In this document: piece after piece, positions 19,141 through 27,791 of the stretch
How the letters are laid out: each line of letters begins with the position of its first letter
Numbering within the stretch: the first letter of the stretch is position 1
DNA from: an uncultured Ruficoccus sp.
GTDB lineage: Bacteria; Verrucomicrobiota; Verrucomicrobiia; Opitutales; Cerasicoccaceae
Reading direction: 5' to 3'
Assembly (NCBI GenBank): GCA_965140785.1
Contig: OZ223505.1
Coordinates: 32,001-96,000, forward strand
Length of the DNA: 64,000 nucleotides
Notes under the pieces: model-generated
Databases searched by the model: none
Told to the model about the DNA's origin: nothing
The model's input: the letters and a program-made list of their open reading frames with translations, nothing else
Position numbers and translations under genes: made by a program

Positions 19141-19873
19141 CTTCTCCATTTGTCTCCGCCGTCCCCGGTCCCACTCCGGGGCGGCGTTCACCTTGATCGA
19201 GGTGCTGGCGGTGTTGACCGTGCTCAGCCTGCTCGCGGCGCTGGCCGTGGTGGCGGGACGGGCCGCGGTTCACAGCGCGCAGCTCAGCCGCTCCACCGCG
19301 ACCATCCGCAACCTCGGGAACGCCGCCTTGCTCTATGCCACCGACCACGAGGGCAACTGGCCGCGCAGCAACCACGCCTTCAGCGCCCGTGAGCGTCAGT
19401 GGTGGCTCGTCCTTTCAGGCTACCTGTGGAGCGAGTCGTTGACCAGTCGCTACGACCCGCGCTTCGCGGTTTACCATGAGGCCATGCTGCGCGACCCGCT
19501 CGACCCGGTGGAGGGTTCTGGCGATGCCCAGCGTAACCGCTACAGCTACGGCATTAACGTGTACCTCCAGCTCGATCCGGCTTTCGACGACTACGCCGGT
19601 AAACCGGTCCGCTGGCACAAGGCACCGCTCGTCGCGCAGCCGGGGCGCACCGTGCTCTTCGCTTCCAACCGCCAGCAGAGCAGCGACCACTTCATGGCGC
19701 ATTTCTGGGCTTCAACCGGCGACGACCTGACGGATATCGACCTGCGTGAGGAGGGGCGGGCCGTCTACGTTTACTGTGACGGCCACGTCGCCTGGCAGCG
19801 TCCGGCGGAGGTCTTCGCGCCGGAGGCGGGCATTAACCAGTGGCATCCCGCCGGGATGACCGAAGGACCATGA
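19133..19873 (+). CDS. Prepilin-type N-terminal cleavage/methylation protein with H-X9-DG-like C-terminus
   Basis: GAAFTLIEVLAVLTVLSLLAAL, YSYGIN, AVYVYCDGHV; GTG start overlaps the upstream stop. Confidence 0.85.
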   Translation: MLNFSICLRRPRSHSGAAFTLIEVLAVLTVLSLLAALAVVAGRAAVHSAQLSRSTATIRNLGNAALLYATDHEGNWPRSNHAFSARERQWWLVLSGYLWSESLTSRYDPRFAVYHEAMLRDPLDPVEGSGDAQRNRYSYGINVYLQLDPAFDDYAGKPVRWHKAPLVAQPGRTVLFASNRQQSSDHFMAHFWASTGDDLTDIDLREEGRAVYVYCDGHVAWQRPAEVFAPEAGINQWHPAGMTEGP

Positions 19874-19911
19874 GACGCAGCGTGAAATCACCCGTGGGCC
19901 GGGCGCGAGAT

Positions 19912-20352
19912 TTACATCTCGTTGCTCGGGATGGCGGTGGGGGAGGCGGTGCCGCTGGTCACGGGCGGGTTGGTCGGGGTCAGCACCACGGCGTCCTTGC
20001 CGTTTTTGACCACCACGAGCACGTCGTCCGAGCGGGAGGTGAGCTGGCCACCGTCCAGAGCGGAGAGCAGGTTGTCTTCGAGCTGCATCAGCTCGGGCTC
20101 TCCGGCCATCTTGGTGGAAATTCCGATCCCGATGTACCCAGACTTGCTGACCGGGGCGGACCAGTTGTTGACCGGGCCGCGGCCCAGCAGGTTGTCGCCG
20201 GTGTAGGTCACCTTGATCGGCTGGGCGGTTTCGACCTCGTTGCCGTTGACCTCGGCCACGATATAGTCCCCGGCGACGGGGATCGGCGTGTGCGAGCAGG
20301 CGGCGAAAGTGAAAATCGACAGAACGGAAAGAAGTGCGAGGATGGATTTCAT
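19912..20352 (-). CDS. META (HslJ-like) domain lipoprotein
   Basis: Lipobox FAAC; GRGPVNNW and STKMAGEPELMQLEDNLLSAL resemble the META domain. Confidence 0.75.
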   Translation of the reverse strand: MKSILALLSVLSIFTFAACSHTPIPVAGDYIVAEVNGNEVETAQPIKVTYTGDNLLGRGPVNNWSAPVSKSGYIGIGISTKMAGEPELMQLEDNLLSALDGGQLTSRSDDVLVVVKNGKDAVVLTPTNPPVTSGTASPTAIPSNEM

Positions 20353-20503
20353 GCCCGGAGCAAAGGCCGTAAGGTTGCGGTTGGCAAGCCGTTTACGCGC
20401 GACGTATGGGCGGAATCGATCCGGGTAAGGGCTGGGCGGATCTTCCTGGCCAACCTGTAAAACCGCATTGCACCGGCGGGCGGATGGGTTACGGTGGCGG
20501 TTC

Positions 20504-22672
20504 TTGAGCGAGGAAACCGAGCAGTCCCCCCTGGCCGAGCGGCCAAAAATCCGCGTCCTGCCCGACCGCGTGATCAACCAGATCGCCGCGGGGGAGGTGA
20601 TCGAGCGTCCGGCGGCGGTGGTCAAGGAACTCCTCGAAAACGCCCTCGACGCCCGCGCGGACCGGATCGAGATCGAGTTTCGGGGCGGGGGCAAGAGCCT
20701 GATCCGGGTCGAGGACAACGGCATCGGCATGACGCCGGAGGACGCCCTGATCGCGCTCGAACGCCACGCCACGAGTAAGCTGCGCGAGGCCGCCGACCTG
20801 GCCAAGGTGCTCAGCCTGGGCTTTCGCGGGGAGGCGCTGCCGAGCATCGCCAGCGTCAGCCGCTTCACCCTCCGCAGCCGCGCCCGGGGTTGGGAGCACG
20901 GCACGGAGGTCTTCGTCAACGGCGGTCGCATGATCCACCAGCGCGAGTGCGGGATGCCGCCCGGCACCCGGATCGAGGTGGCCAATCTTTTCAACAGCGT
21001 GCCGGCGCGCCGGAAGTTTTTAAAAAGCGACGCCACCGAGTCGGCCCACATCACGCATCTGGTGCGGCTTCACGCGGTGGCGCGGCCAAGCGTGTCCTTC
21101 TCGCTGATCGAGAATGGCCGCAGCGTCTTCTCTTCGCCTAAGTGCCCCGACATGCGCGAGCGCGTGGCCGAGATCTGGGGCCGCGAGCTGGCCGATGAGC
21201 TGGTCGAGCTGGAACCGGCGACCGGTGAAAACGGAATGCGCCTCTCCGGCCTGATCGGCAAGCCCGGCACGGGCCGCGCCACCCGGCGGCAGATGATCGC
21301 GCTTGTCAACGGGCGTCCGGTGGATTCACGCACGCTCAACTACGCCCTGATCGAGGGCTACCACTCCTTTATCCCGAAGGGGCGCTACCCGCTGGCTTTT
21401 CTTTTTCTGGAGATCGACCCGGCGGTCATCGACGTGAACATCCACCCGGCCAAGCGCGAGATCAAGTTCCGCGACGAGGGGCGGGTGCGCCAGTTCGTGC
21501 TCCAGGCCGTCGTCGGGCAGCTTCAGGCCCTGGCCGCGCAGGCCCGCCACCCGGTTCTGCACGGGACGCGGGAGGACTTTGAAAAAGACGTGCTGCCCCG
21601 GCGCGATCCCAAGCCGCATCCGCTGGCGGGCGAATCCTCCGCCCCCTCGGCGAAGGCGGGCGATCGGCCCGCGTCCCCGCCGCAGCCGAAGCTCACCCCC
21701 GCGACCCGGCCCCCGGCCTATCCGCGCACGCGGCCCGGCCCGGTCTCGGATGATTTTAAAGACAAGTACCTCGCGCCCGACAAAACCGGCTCGGATAAAA
21801 ACGCTGAGCCCGCCGCGCGGGAAAGTTCTGAAATCCCGGGTGCTCTTTCCGATCGAAAGCAGCAGGGCCGTCGGGCAGAAGGGACTTCGGATAAAGCCAG
21901 CGGGGCAGGGGAGGCGATTCCCCCTGCGCCCGGTTTCGAATCCGGTTCAGCCAGCCCGTCGCCCGCCCGCCCGCAGTCGCCGGCTTCCGACGACTCGGGC
22001 GAGCTGCCTGTGGTCAAGTGGACCCCGGCCCAGCCCGGAACCGGCCCCGCGCCGCAGACCCAGCCCGACGGTGAGGAGTCCCCGGCCCCGGCCTTCCGCT
22101 TCGAGTGGCGCTGCCTGGGGCTGATGCGCGATGGCTACGCGATTTTCGAAACCCCGGCGGGGCTGGTTCTGATGAACCGTCGTGCCGCGCACGAGCGGGT
22201 CTGGTTCGAGCGCCTGCAGGCGCGTTTCGCCGAGCGCGAGCAGCCCAGCCAGCGACTGCTTTTTCCGGTCGCGCTGGAGCTGGAGCCGCTGACCGCTGCC
22301 GCCCTGGAGGAAAATCTGGAGGCGCTCCAGGCGCACGGCTTCGGGATCGAGCCTTTCGGGAAAAACTTTTTCCGCCTTGAATCGCACCCGGACTGGCTAC
22401 CCGAGAGCGAGGCGGAGACCTTTGTGCGCGACCTGATCGAGCGCCTCCGCGAGGGCTCGCTCGATCTGACCCGCCCTGCCGTGGCGGACGAGTCGCTGGC
22501 CCGGCTGGCCGCCACGCGTGCCCTTCGTCCCTCGGACGCAAGCGGTTGCGAAGAAATGGCTGAGCTGGCCCGCGCCTTGCTACAATGCCAGCAGCCTCTG
22601 AACTGCCCGCGGGGGCGGCCCACCTATTTCGAGTTGTCCAACCGCGAGCTGGCCCGGCGTTTCGGGCGCTAG
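20504..22672 (+). CDS. mutL: DNA mismatch repair protein MutL
   Basis: NQIAAGEVIERPAAVVKELLENALDA, GFRGEALPSIA, DVNIHPAKREI, long Pro-rich linker, C-terminal CPRGRP; start uncertain. Confidence 0.95.
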   Translation: MSEETEQSPLAERPKIRVLPDRVINQIAAGEVIERPAAVVKELLENALDARADRIEIEFRGGGKSLIRVEDNGIGMTPEDALIALERHATSKLREAADLAKVLSLGFRGEALPSIASVSRFTLRSRARGWEHGTEVFVNGGRMIHQRECGMPPGTRIEVANLFNSVPARRKFLKSDATESAHITHLVRLHAVARPSVSFSLIENGRSVFSSPKCPDMRERVAEIWGRELADELVELEPATGENGMRLSGLIGKPGTGRATRRQMIALVNGRPVDSRTLNYALIEGYHSFIPKGRYPLAFLFLEIDPAVIDVNIHPAKREIKFRDEGRVRQFVLQAVVGQLQALAAQARHPVLHGTREDFEKDVLPRRDPKPHPLAGESSAPSAKAGDRPASPPQPKLTPATRPPAYPRTRPGPVSDDFKDKYLAPDKTGSDKNAEPAARESSEIPGALSDRKQQGRRAEGTSDKASGAGEAIPPAPGFESGSASPSPARPQSPASDDSGELPVVKWTPAQPGTGPAPQTQPDGEESPAPAFRFEWRCLGLMRDGYAIFETPAGLVLMNRRAAHERVWFERLQARFAEREQPSQRLLFPVALELEPLTAAALEENLEALQAHGFGIEPFGKNFFRLESHPDWLPESEAETFVRDLIERLREGSLDLTRPAVADESLARLAATRALRPSDASGCEEMAELARALLQCQQPLNCPRGRPTYFELSNRELARRFGR

Positions 22673-22816
22673 GGGGCTCGCGCCCATGTTCTTTTAACCG
22701 TTAGTCAAACCCGTTCATTTTGCCGTGCGGACTTGAGAAACGTTGACCTTTATTGTTCAATAGCCCATTCCAAGCCTGTCACTTTCCTTTGATCCAAACC
22801 CTCTATTCTTACCGCT

Positions 22817-25336
22817 ATGCCTTCGAGTTCCAAAGCCACGAAAAAAGCCGCTAAGGCGCCCGCCAAGAAAAAGGCCTTCAATTTCAATATCGACGCCGAT
22901 GTCGATGGCCTGAAAACCTCGATCGAGAATCACCTGACCTATTCCCTGGCCCGCGACAAGACCACCGCCACGACACGTGACTGGTGGCTGGCGCTGTGCT
23001 ACTCGGTCCAGGACCGCATCCTGCACCGCTACATCAAGACCCAGGCCGTTCACAACGACAAGGACACCCGCCGCGCTTATTATCTGTCCCTGGAGTACCT
23101 GATGGGCCGCCTGCTCTCGAACAATCTGGTCAACGCCGGGCTTTTCGAGTCCGCTCAGAAAGCGCTGGAGGAACTGGGCCTGGACATGACCGAGATTTTG
23201 GAGGAGGAGCCGGACATGGGCCTCGGTAACGGCGGTCTGGGCCGCCTGGCCGCGTGTTTCCTCGACTCGCTGGCCACGCTCGACCTGCCTGCCGTCGGTT
23301 ACGGCATCCACTACGAGTTTGGCCTCTTCCGGCAGGAGTTCATTGACGGGCGCCAGGTGGAGCGCCCGGACAACTGGCTGCAGTTCGGCAACCCCTGGCA
23401 GGTCAACCGGCCTGAGTACCAGGTGAGCGTGCCGCTCTACGGCCACGTCGAGTACCACTTTGACAGCAAGGGCGACTCCTACCCGGCCTGGGTCGGTACC
23501 CGCGAGCTGGTCGGCCTGCCCTGGGATGTGCCGATTGTCGGCTACGGCGCCCGCACGGTCAATTTCCTGCGCCTGTGGGAGTCCCGGGCCTCGCAGGAGT
23601 TCGACTTCAGCGTCTTCAATGAGGGCGGTTACGTCGAGGCCGTGCGCGAGAAGGCCATCGGCGAGACCATTTCCAAGGTCCTGTACCCCAACGACAAGAC
23701 CGAGAGTGGCAAGGAGCTGCGCCTCGTCCAGCAGTACTTCTTCGTGGCCTGCTCGCTGCACGACATCATCCGCCGCTTCCGCAAGCAGAACCACGACGAC
23801 TGGGATGCCTTCCCGGACAAGGTTACCGTCCAGCTCAACGACACGCACCCGTCCGTGGCTGTGGCCGAGCTCATGCGCCTGCTCGTGGATATCGAGGGTC
23901 TGGAGTGGGACCGCGCCTGGGGCATCTGCCGCAAGGTCTTCGCCTACACCAACCATACCCTCCTGCCCGAAGCGCTTGAGAAGTGGTCCGTCCCGCTCTT
24001 CCAAAAGGTCCTGCCGCGCCACCTGCAGATTATTTTCGAGATCAACCGCCGCTTCCTGGAGGAAGAGGTCGAGGCTCACTGGCCCAGCGACAACGCCAAG
24101 AAGGGCAACCTCTCCCTCATCGAGGAGGGTAACCCGAAGCAGATCCGCATGGCCTACCTGGCCACCGTCGGCAGCCACTCGGTCAACGGCGTGGCCGCGC
24201 TCCACACCGAGCTGCTCAAGCGCGACCTCTTCCACGACTTCAACGAGCTGTGGCCGAACAAGTTTAACAACAAGACCAACGGCATCACGCCGCGTCGCTT
24301 CCTCAAGGTCTGTAATCCCGGCCTGGCCAAGCTCATCGAGCGCGAGATCGGCCCCGAGTGGCCCTTCGACCTGGACCGCCTGCGCGGCCTGGAAAAGCTG
24401 GCCGACGACGCCTCCTTCCAAGACGAGTACATGGCCGTCAAGCGTGCCAACAAGGAGCGCCTGGCCGAGGTCATCGAGATGGACTGCCAGGTTAAGGTCA
24501 ACCCGGACGCCATGTTCGACGTGCAGATCAAGCGTCTGCACGAGTACAAGCGCCAGCACCTGAACCTGCTGCATGTGCTCACCCTTTACCGCGACATCCT
24601 CCATCACCCGGAGAAGACCTTCGCCCCGCGCGTGGTCATCTTCGGGGCCAAGGCAGCGCCCGGCTACGAGTTGGCCAAGGATATTATCTATACGATCAAC
24701 AAGATCGGGGACGTCATCAACAACGACAAGCGCGTGGGCGACAAGCTCAAGGTCGTCTTCCTGCCCAACTACCGGGTCTCGCTGGCCGAGCGTATCATCC
24801 CTGCCGCCGACCTCTCCGAGCAGATTTCCACCGCCGGTAAGGAAGCCTCCGGTACCGGCAACATGAAACTCGCCCTCAACGGCGCGCTCACCATCGGCAC
24901 CCTCGACGGGGCCAATGTCGAGATCAAGGAGGAAGTCGGCGACGAGAACATCTTCATCTTCGGTATGACGGTGGAGGAGGTGATGGAACTGCACGCCGCC
25001 GGGTACAACCCGTGGGACTTCTACCGCGGCGATGACGACCTCAAGCATGTGCTCGACTGGCTCGGCTCAGACACCTTCACGCCCGGCCAGCCCTACGCGC
25101 TTGACGCGGTCCGCCACAGCCTACTCGACGGGGGCGACCCCTTCATGGTCTGTGCGGACTTCACCGCCTACATCGAGTGCCAGAAGCGCGTCGGCGAGGC
25201 CTACCTCGACAAGAAGCGTTGGGCGAAGATGGCCATCCTCAACACCGCCCGCATGGGCAAATTCTCCAGCGACCGCACCATCCGCGAGTACGCCGATGAT
25301 ATTTGGAATCTCAAACCGCTGCCGGTGGGCGAATAA
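22817..25336 (+). CDS. glgP: Glycogen/starch/alpha-glucan phosphorylase
   Basis: [43 protein letters not shown] (PLP Lys), FSSDRTI. Confidence 0.97.
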   Translation: MPSSSKATKKAAKAPAKKKAFNFNIDADVDGLKTSIENHLTYSLARDKTTATTRDWWLALCYSVQDRILHRYIKTQAVHNDKDTRRAYYLSLEYLMGRLLSNNLVNAGLFESAQKALEELGLDMTEILEEEPDMGLGNGGLGRLAACFLDSLATLDLPAVGYGIHYEFGLFRQEFIDGRQVERPDNWLQFGNPWQVNRPEYQVSVPLYGHVEYHFDSKGDSYPAWVGTRELVGLPWDVPIVGYGARTVNFLRLWESRASQEFDFSVFNEGGYVEAVREKAIGETISKVLYPNDKTESGKELRLVQQYFFVACSLHDIIRRFRKQNHDDWDAFPDKVTVQLNDTHPSVAVAELMRLLVDIEGLEWDRAWGICRKVFAYTNHTLLPEALEKWSVPLFQKVLPRHLQIIFEINRRFLEEEVEAHWPSDNAKKGNLSLIEEGNPKQIRMAYLATVGSHSVNGVAALHTELLKRDLFHDFNELWPNKFNNKTNGITPRRFLKVCNPGLAKLIEREIGPEWPFDLDRLRGLEKLADDASFQDEYMAVKRANKERLAEVIEMDCQVKVNPDAMFDVQIKRLHEYKRQHLNLLHVLTLYRDILHHPEKTFAPRVVIFGAKAAPGYELAKDIIYTINKIGDVINNDKRVGDKLKVVFLPNYRVSLAERIIPAADLSEQISTAGKEASGTGNMKLALNGALTIGTLDGANVEIKEEVGDENIFIFGMTVEEVMELHAAGYNPWDFYRGDDDLKHVLDWLGSDTFTPGQPYALDAVRHSLLDGGDPFMVCADFTAYIECQKRVGEAYLDKKRWAKMAILNTARMGKFSSDRTIREYADDIWNLKPLPVGE

Positions 25337-25359
25337 CCGCCCCGGCGGCACGTCACCTT

Positions 25360-26169
25360 TTGAAAACACAAGAGCTCTGTAAATTTTACCGCACCCGCGC
25401 CAAGTCGGTCAATCTCGGCGCCAGCTACAAGGCGCTGGCGGGTAAGTACGTGGACGGCTTGCTGCCCGCCGAGCCCGCCGCCGTGCAGCCGCGCCTGCGT
25501 GTGAGTACCGAGAGTGGCCTCGACCGCGAATTGGTCCTGCAAGGGGGCATCCGCACCTTCGAGTGGGTCTTGACCGGGCAGGGCCTGGCTGACATGGCCT
25601 TTTTGCGTGAGAGCCAGCTTCTCCTGCACGACCTGTATCCGTCCGGGTTCCTGAGCGTGGTCAACGCCGCCGGGACCTTCGCCACGCCACAGGCGCTGCG
25701 GGGCTTCGTCGAGGCGCTCGATACGGACGATGGCCTGCACATGATCGGGCGCAACCTGCTTTACATTCTCGATTCGTTTCCGCCGGAGCTGGCCTTTCAC
25801 CGCGACGTGGTGGCGCTCTTCGCCGAGTGGCCGCGTCGCCCGGCCATGGTTCTGACTGCTGACGGCACCCCGCCGAACTTCCTCTCTCGCGCGCTGGACT
25901 GGGGCTACGCCGGGATCGTCTTGCAGGCGGCCAAGGACTTCGAACGCGCCGTGGCCGACCGTTGCTACCTGACCGCCCGCAAGGACCGCGAGCCCATCGG
26001 CAAGTACACCTTTGACGGCGGTTCGCTGCCCATCAGCCAGGGCCGCGAGGCCATCCTCAACGAGCTGGCCGCCCAGTCCGTCCTCGGGAACAAGTCGGTC
26101 GGCTGCGAAGCCGTCTCCGCCCTCCTCGAACTGATCGGTGGCGAGCACCCAGCCTCGGCCAAGGCGTAA
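25360..26169 (+). CDS. Hypothetical protein, possibly a degenerate enolase-superfamily-like barrel
   Basis: Host-like codon pattern, follows glgP closely; RALDWGYAG segment; TTG start inferred. Confidence 0.6.
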   Translation: MKTQELCKFYRTRAKSVNLGASYKALAGKYVDGLLPAEPAAVQPRLRVSTESGLDRELVLQGGIRTFEWVLTGQGLADMAFLRESQLLLHDLYPSGFLSVVNAAGTFATPQALRGFVEALDTDDGLHMIGRNLLYILDSFPPELAFHRDVVALFAEWPRRPAMVLTADGTPPNFLSRALDWGYAGIVLQAAKDFERAVADRCYLTARKDREPIGKYTFDGGSLPISQGREAILNELAAQSVLGNKSVGCEAVSALLELIGGEHPASAKA

Positions 26170-26187
26170 GCGGGTTGGCGTTTTTTT

Positions 26188-26419
26188 ATTAACCGCAAAG
26201 ACGCAAAGGACGCTAAGCGCTACCGCTGTTAGGCGATAGCATACGAATGGCGGTACGCCTTCTTAACAAGCAAACGCCCAAGATCCCTTTTTATTGGGAT
26301 ATTTCTCTTTTCACCCGGAACGACAAGTAACGGTCAGAGTTTAGACTATCTTAAATAAAGATGAGGGGCACCAATCAATAGCGCCAGCGCTTTGCGTCCT
26401 TCGCGCCTTTGTGGTTAAT
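26188..26419. repeat. Element with about 40-bp periodic inverted arms and an AT-richer interior of about 150 bp
   Basis: attaaccgcaaagacgcaaaggacgctaagcgctaccgct ... agcgccagcgctttgcgtccttcgcgcctttgtggttaat. Confidence 0.85.
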
Positions 26420-26427
26420 CCTCTCCC

Positions 26428-26469
26428 CATTGGCCATTGACTAATGACCCATGACCGAGGACAAATGAC
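26428..26469. repeat. Heptamer tandem repeat (6 degenerate units)
   Basis: cattggc-cattgac-taatgac-ccatgac-cgaggac-aaatgac. Confidence 0.7.
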
Positions 26470-26478
26470 TCCTTTCCC

Positions 26479-27483
26479 ATGTCTTCCCTCACGCTCCATT
26501 CTCCCCTCGATATGCACCTGCACCTGCGGCAGGATGCGATGTTGAAAGCCGTGGCTCCGCTCAGCGCGGAGACCTTCGCCGGGGCCGTCATCATGCCCAA
26601 CCTGGTGCCGCCGGTAGATTCGCTGGAGCGACTGGAGGGGTACCGCGAGGAGATTCTCGCCGCGAGCGGACGGGATGACTTCGCGCCGTTCATGACGTTA
26701 TTTTTCCGCGCCTACACCCGCGAGGAACTGGTGGCGGCCAAGCCGCACATCATCGGGATCAAACTCTACCCGGCGGGCATCACGACCAATAGCGAGGGCG
26801 GTGTCTCCCAGATCGAGCAGGCCGAGCCGACCATGCGCCTGATGGAGGAGCTGGGTATCCCGCTCATGATCCACGGTGAGACCAACGGCTTTGTCATGGA
26901 CCGCGAGACGGAGTTCATGTCCATCTACCGGCAGCTCGCCATTCGCTTCCCGCAGTTGAAGATCGTGATGGAGCACATCACCACGGCCGGGGCGATCGCG
27001 CTGCTGAACGAATTTGAAAACCTGCACGCCACCGTGACCGTGCAGCACCTGCTGATCACGCTCGACGAAGTGGCCGGCGGCATGCTCAACCCGCACCTGT
27101 TCTGCAAGCCGATCGCGAAGCGCCCCGAGGACCGCGAGGCGCTGGCCCACGCTGCCGTTACCGCGCACCCGAAGCTGTCCTTCGGCTCTGACTCAGCCCC
27201 GCACCCGGTGCACAAAAAGGAATGCTGCGGCTGTGCGGCGGGGGTCTTCACCGCGCCCATCGCCCTGCAACTGCTGGCCGGGCTCTTTGAGCAGCACGGT
27301 GCACTTGACCGGCTGCAAGCCTTTGTCTCGGGCAACGCACGCCGGATCTACGGCGTCACCCCGCCGGTCAAGACCGTTACCTTGGAGAAAAAGCCTTTCG
27401 CCATCCCGGCCAGCTACGGCGAGGTCGTCCCCATGTGGGCCGGGCAGGAAATCCCCTGGAGCCTCAGCGCGGTCAAGGCCTGA
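26479..27483 (+). CDS. pyrC: Dihydroorotase (homodimeric type)
   Basis: [44 protein letters not shown]. Confidence 0.96.
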   Translation: MSSLTLHSPLDMHLHLRQDAMLKAVAPLSAETFAGAVIMPNLVPPVDSLERLEGYREEILAASGRDDFAPFMTLFFRAYTREELVAAKPHIIGIKLYPAGITTNSEGGVSQIEQAEPTMRLMEELGIPLMIHGETNGFVMDRETEFMSIYRQLAIRFPQLKIVMEHITTAGAIALLNEFENLHATVTVQHLLITLDEVAGGMLNPHLFCKPIAKRPEDREALAHAAVTAHPKLSFGSDSAPHPVHKKECCGCAAGVFTAPIALQLLAGLFEQHGALDRLQAFVSGNARRIYGVTPPVKTVTLEKKPFAIPASYGEVVPMWAGQEIPWSLSAVKA

Positions 27484-27512
27484 CGGCAGCCGTCGGGGAT
27501 TCGTTTTTTTAT

Positions 27513-27782
27513 TTAACCGCAAAGGCGCGAAGAGCGCAAAGCGCTGACGCTCGAATGCCATCGTGCTGCTGTTTCTGAACGGAATAATTGTCAGCCTGTT
27601 GGTGGGCGGGAGAGTTTAAGACTATAGGCAGATGCACGGCCTGCCCCTTGCGTAGCCATGCATACGCCCAGTCAGCCCTAAAAATCAACTGGGGTGACCG
27701 CCTCGATGAAAGGCTGTGGAAATTCGGCGAGCCCACGAGCCATAGCGTCAGCGCTTTGTGCGCTTTGCGTCTTTGCGGTTAA
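27513..27782. repeat. Element with 39-bp periodic inverted arms and an interior of about 190 bp
   Basis: ttaaccgcaaaggcgcgaagagcgcaaagcgctgacgct ... agcgtcagcgctttgtgcgctttgcgtctttgcggttaa. Confidence 0.85.
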
Positions 27783-27791
27783 TCATTTTCC

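Noticed and set aside
19912..21054. 380-aa minus-strand ORF overlapping mutL
   Set aside because: Only the last 146 codons (from ATG 20352, lipoprotein signal) look real; the rest is mutL antisense.
26188..27782. Repeats with unique interiors as a possible CRISPR array
   Set aside because: The repeats are inverted, dispersed and degenerate with 150-190 bp interiors, not direct repeats with regular spacers; no cas genes are present.
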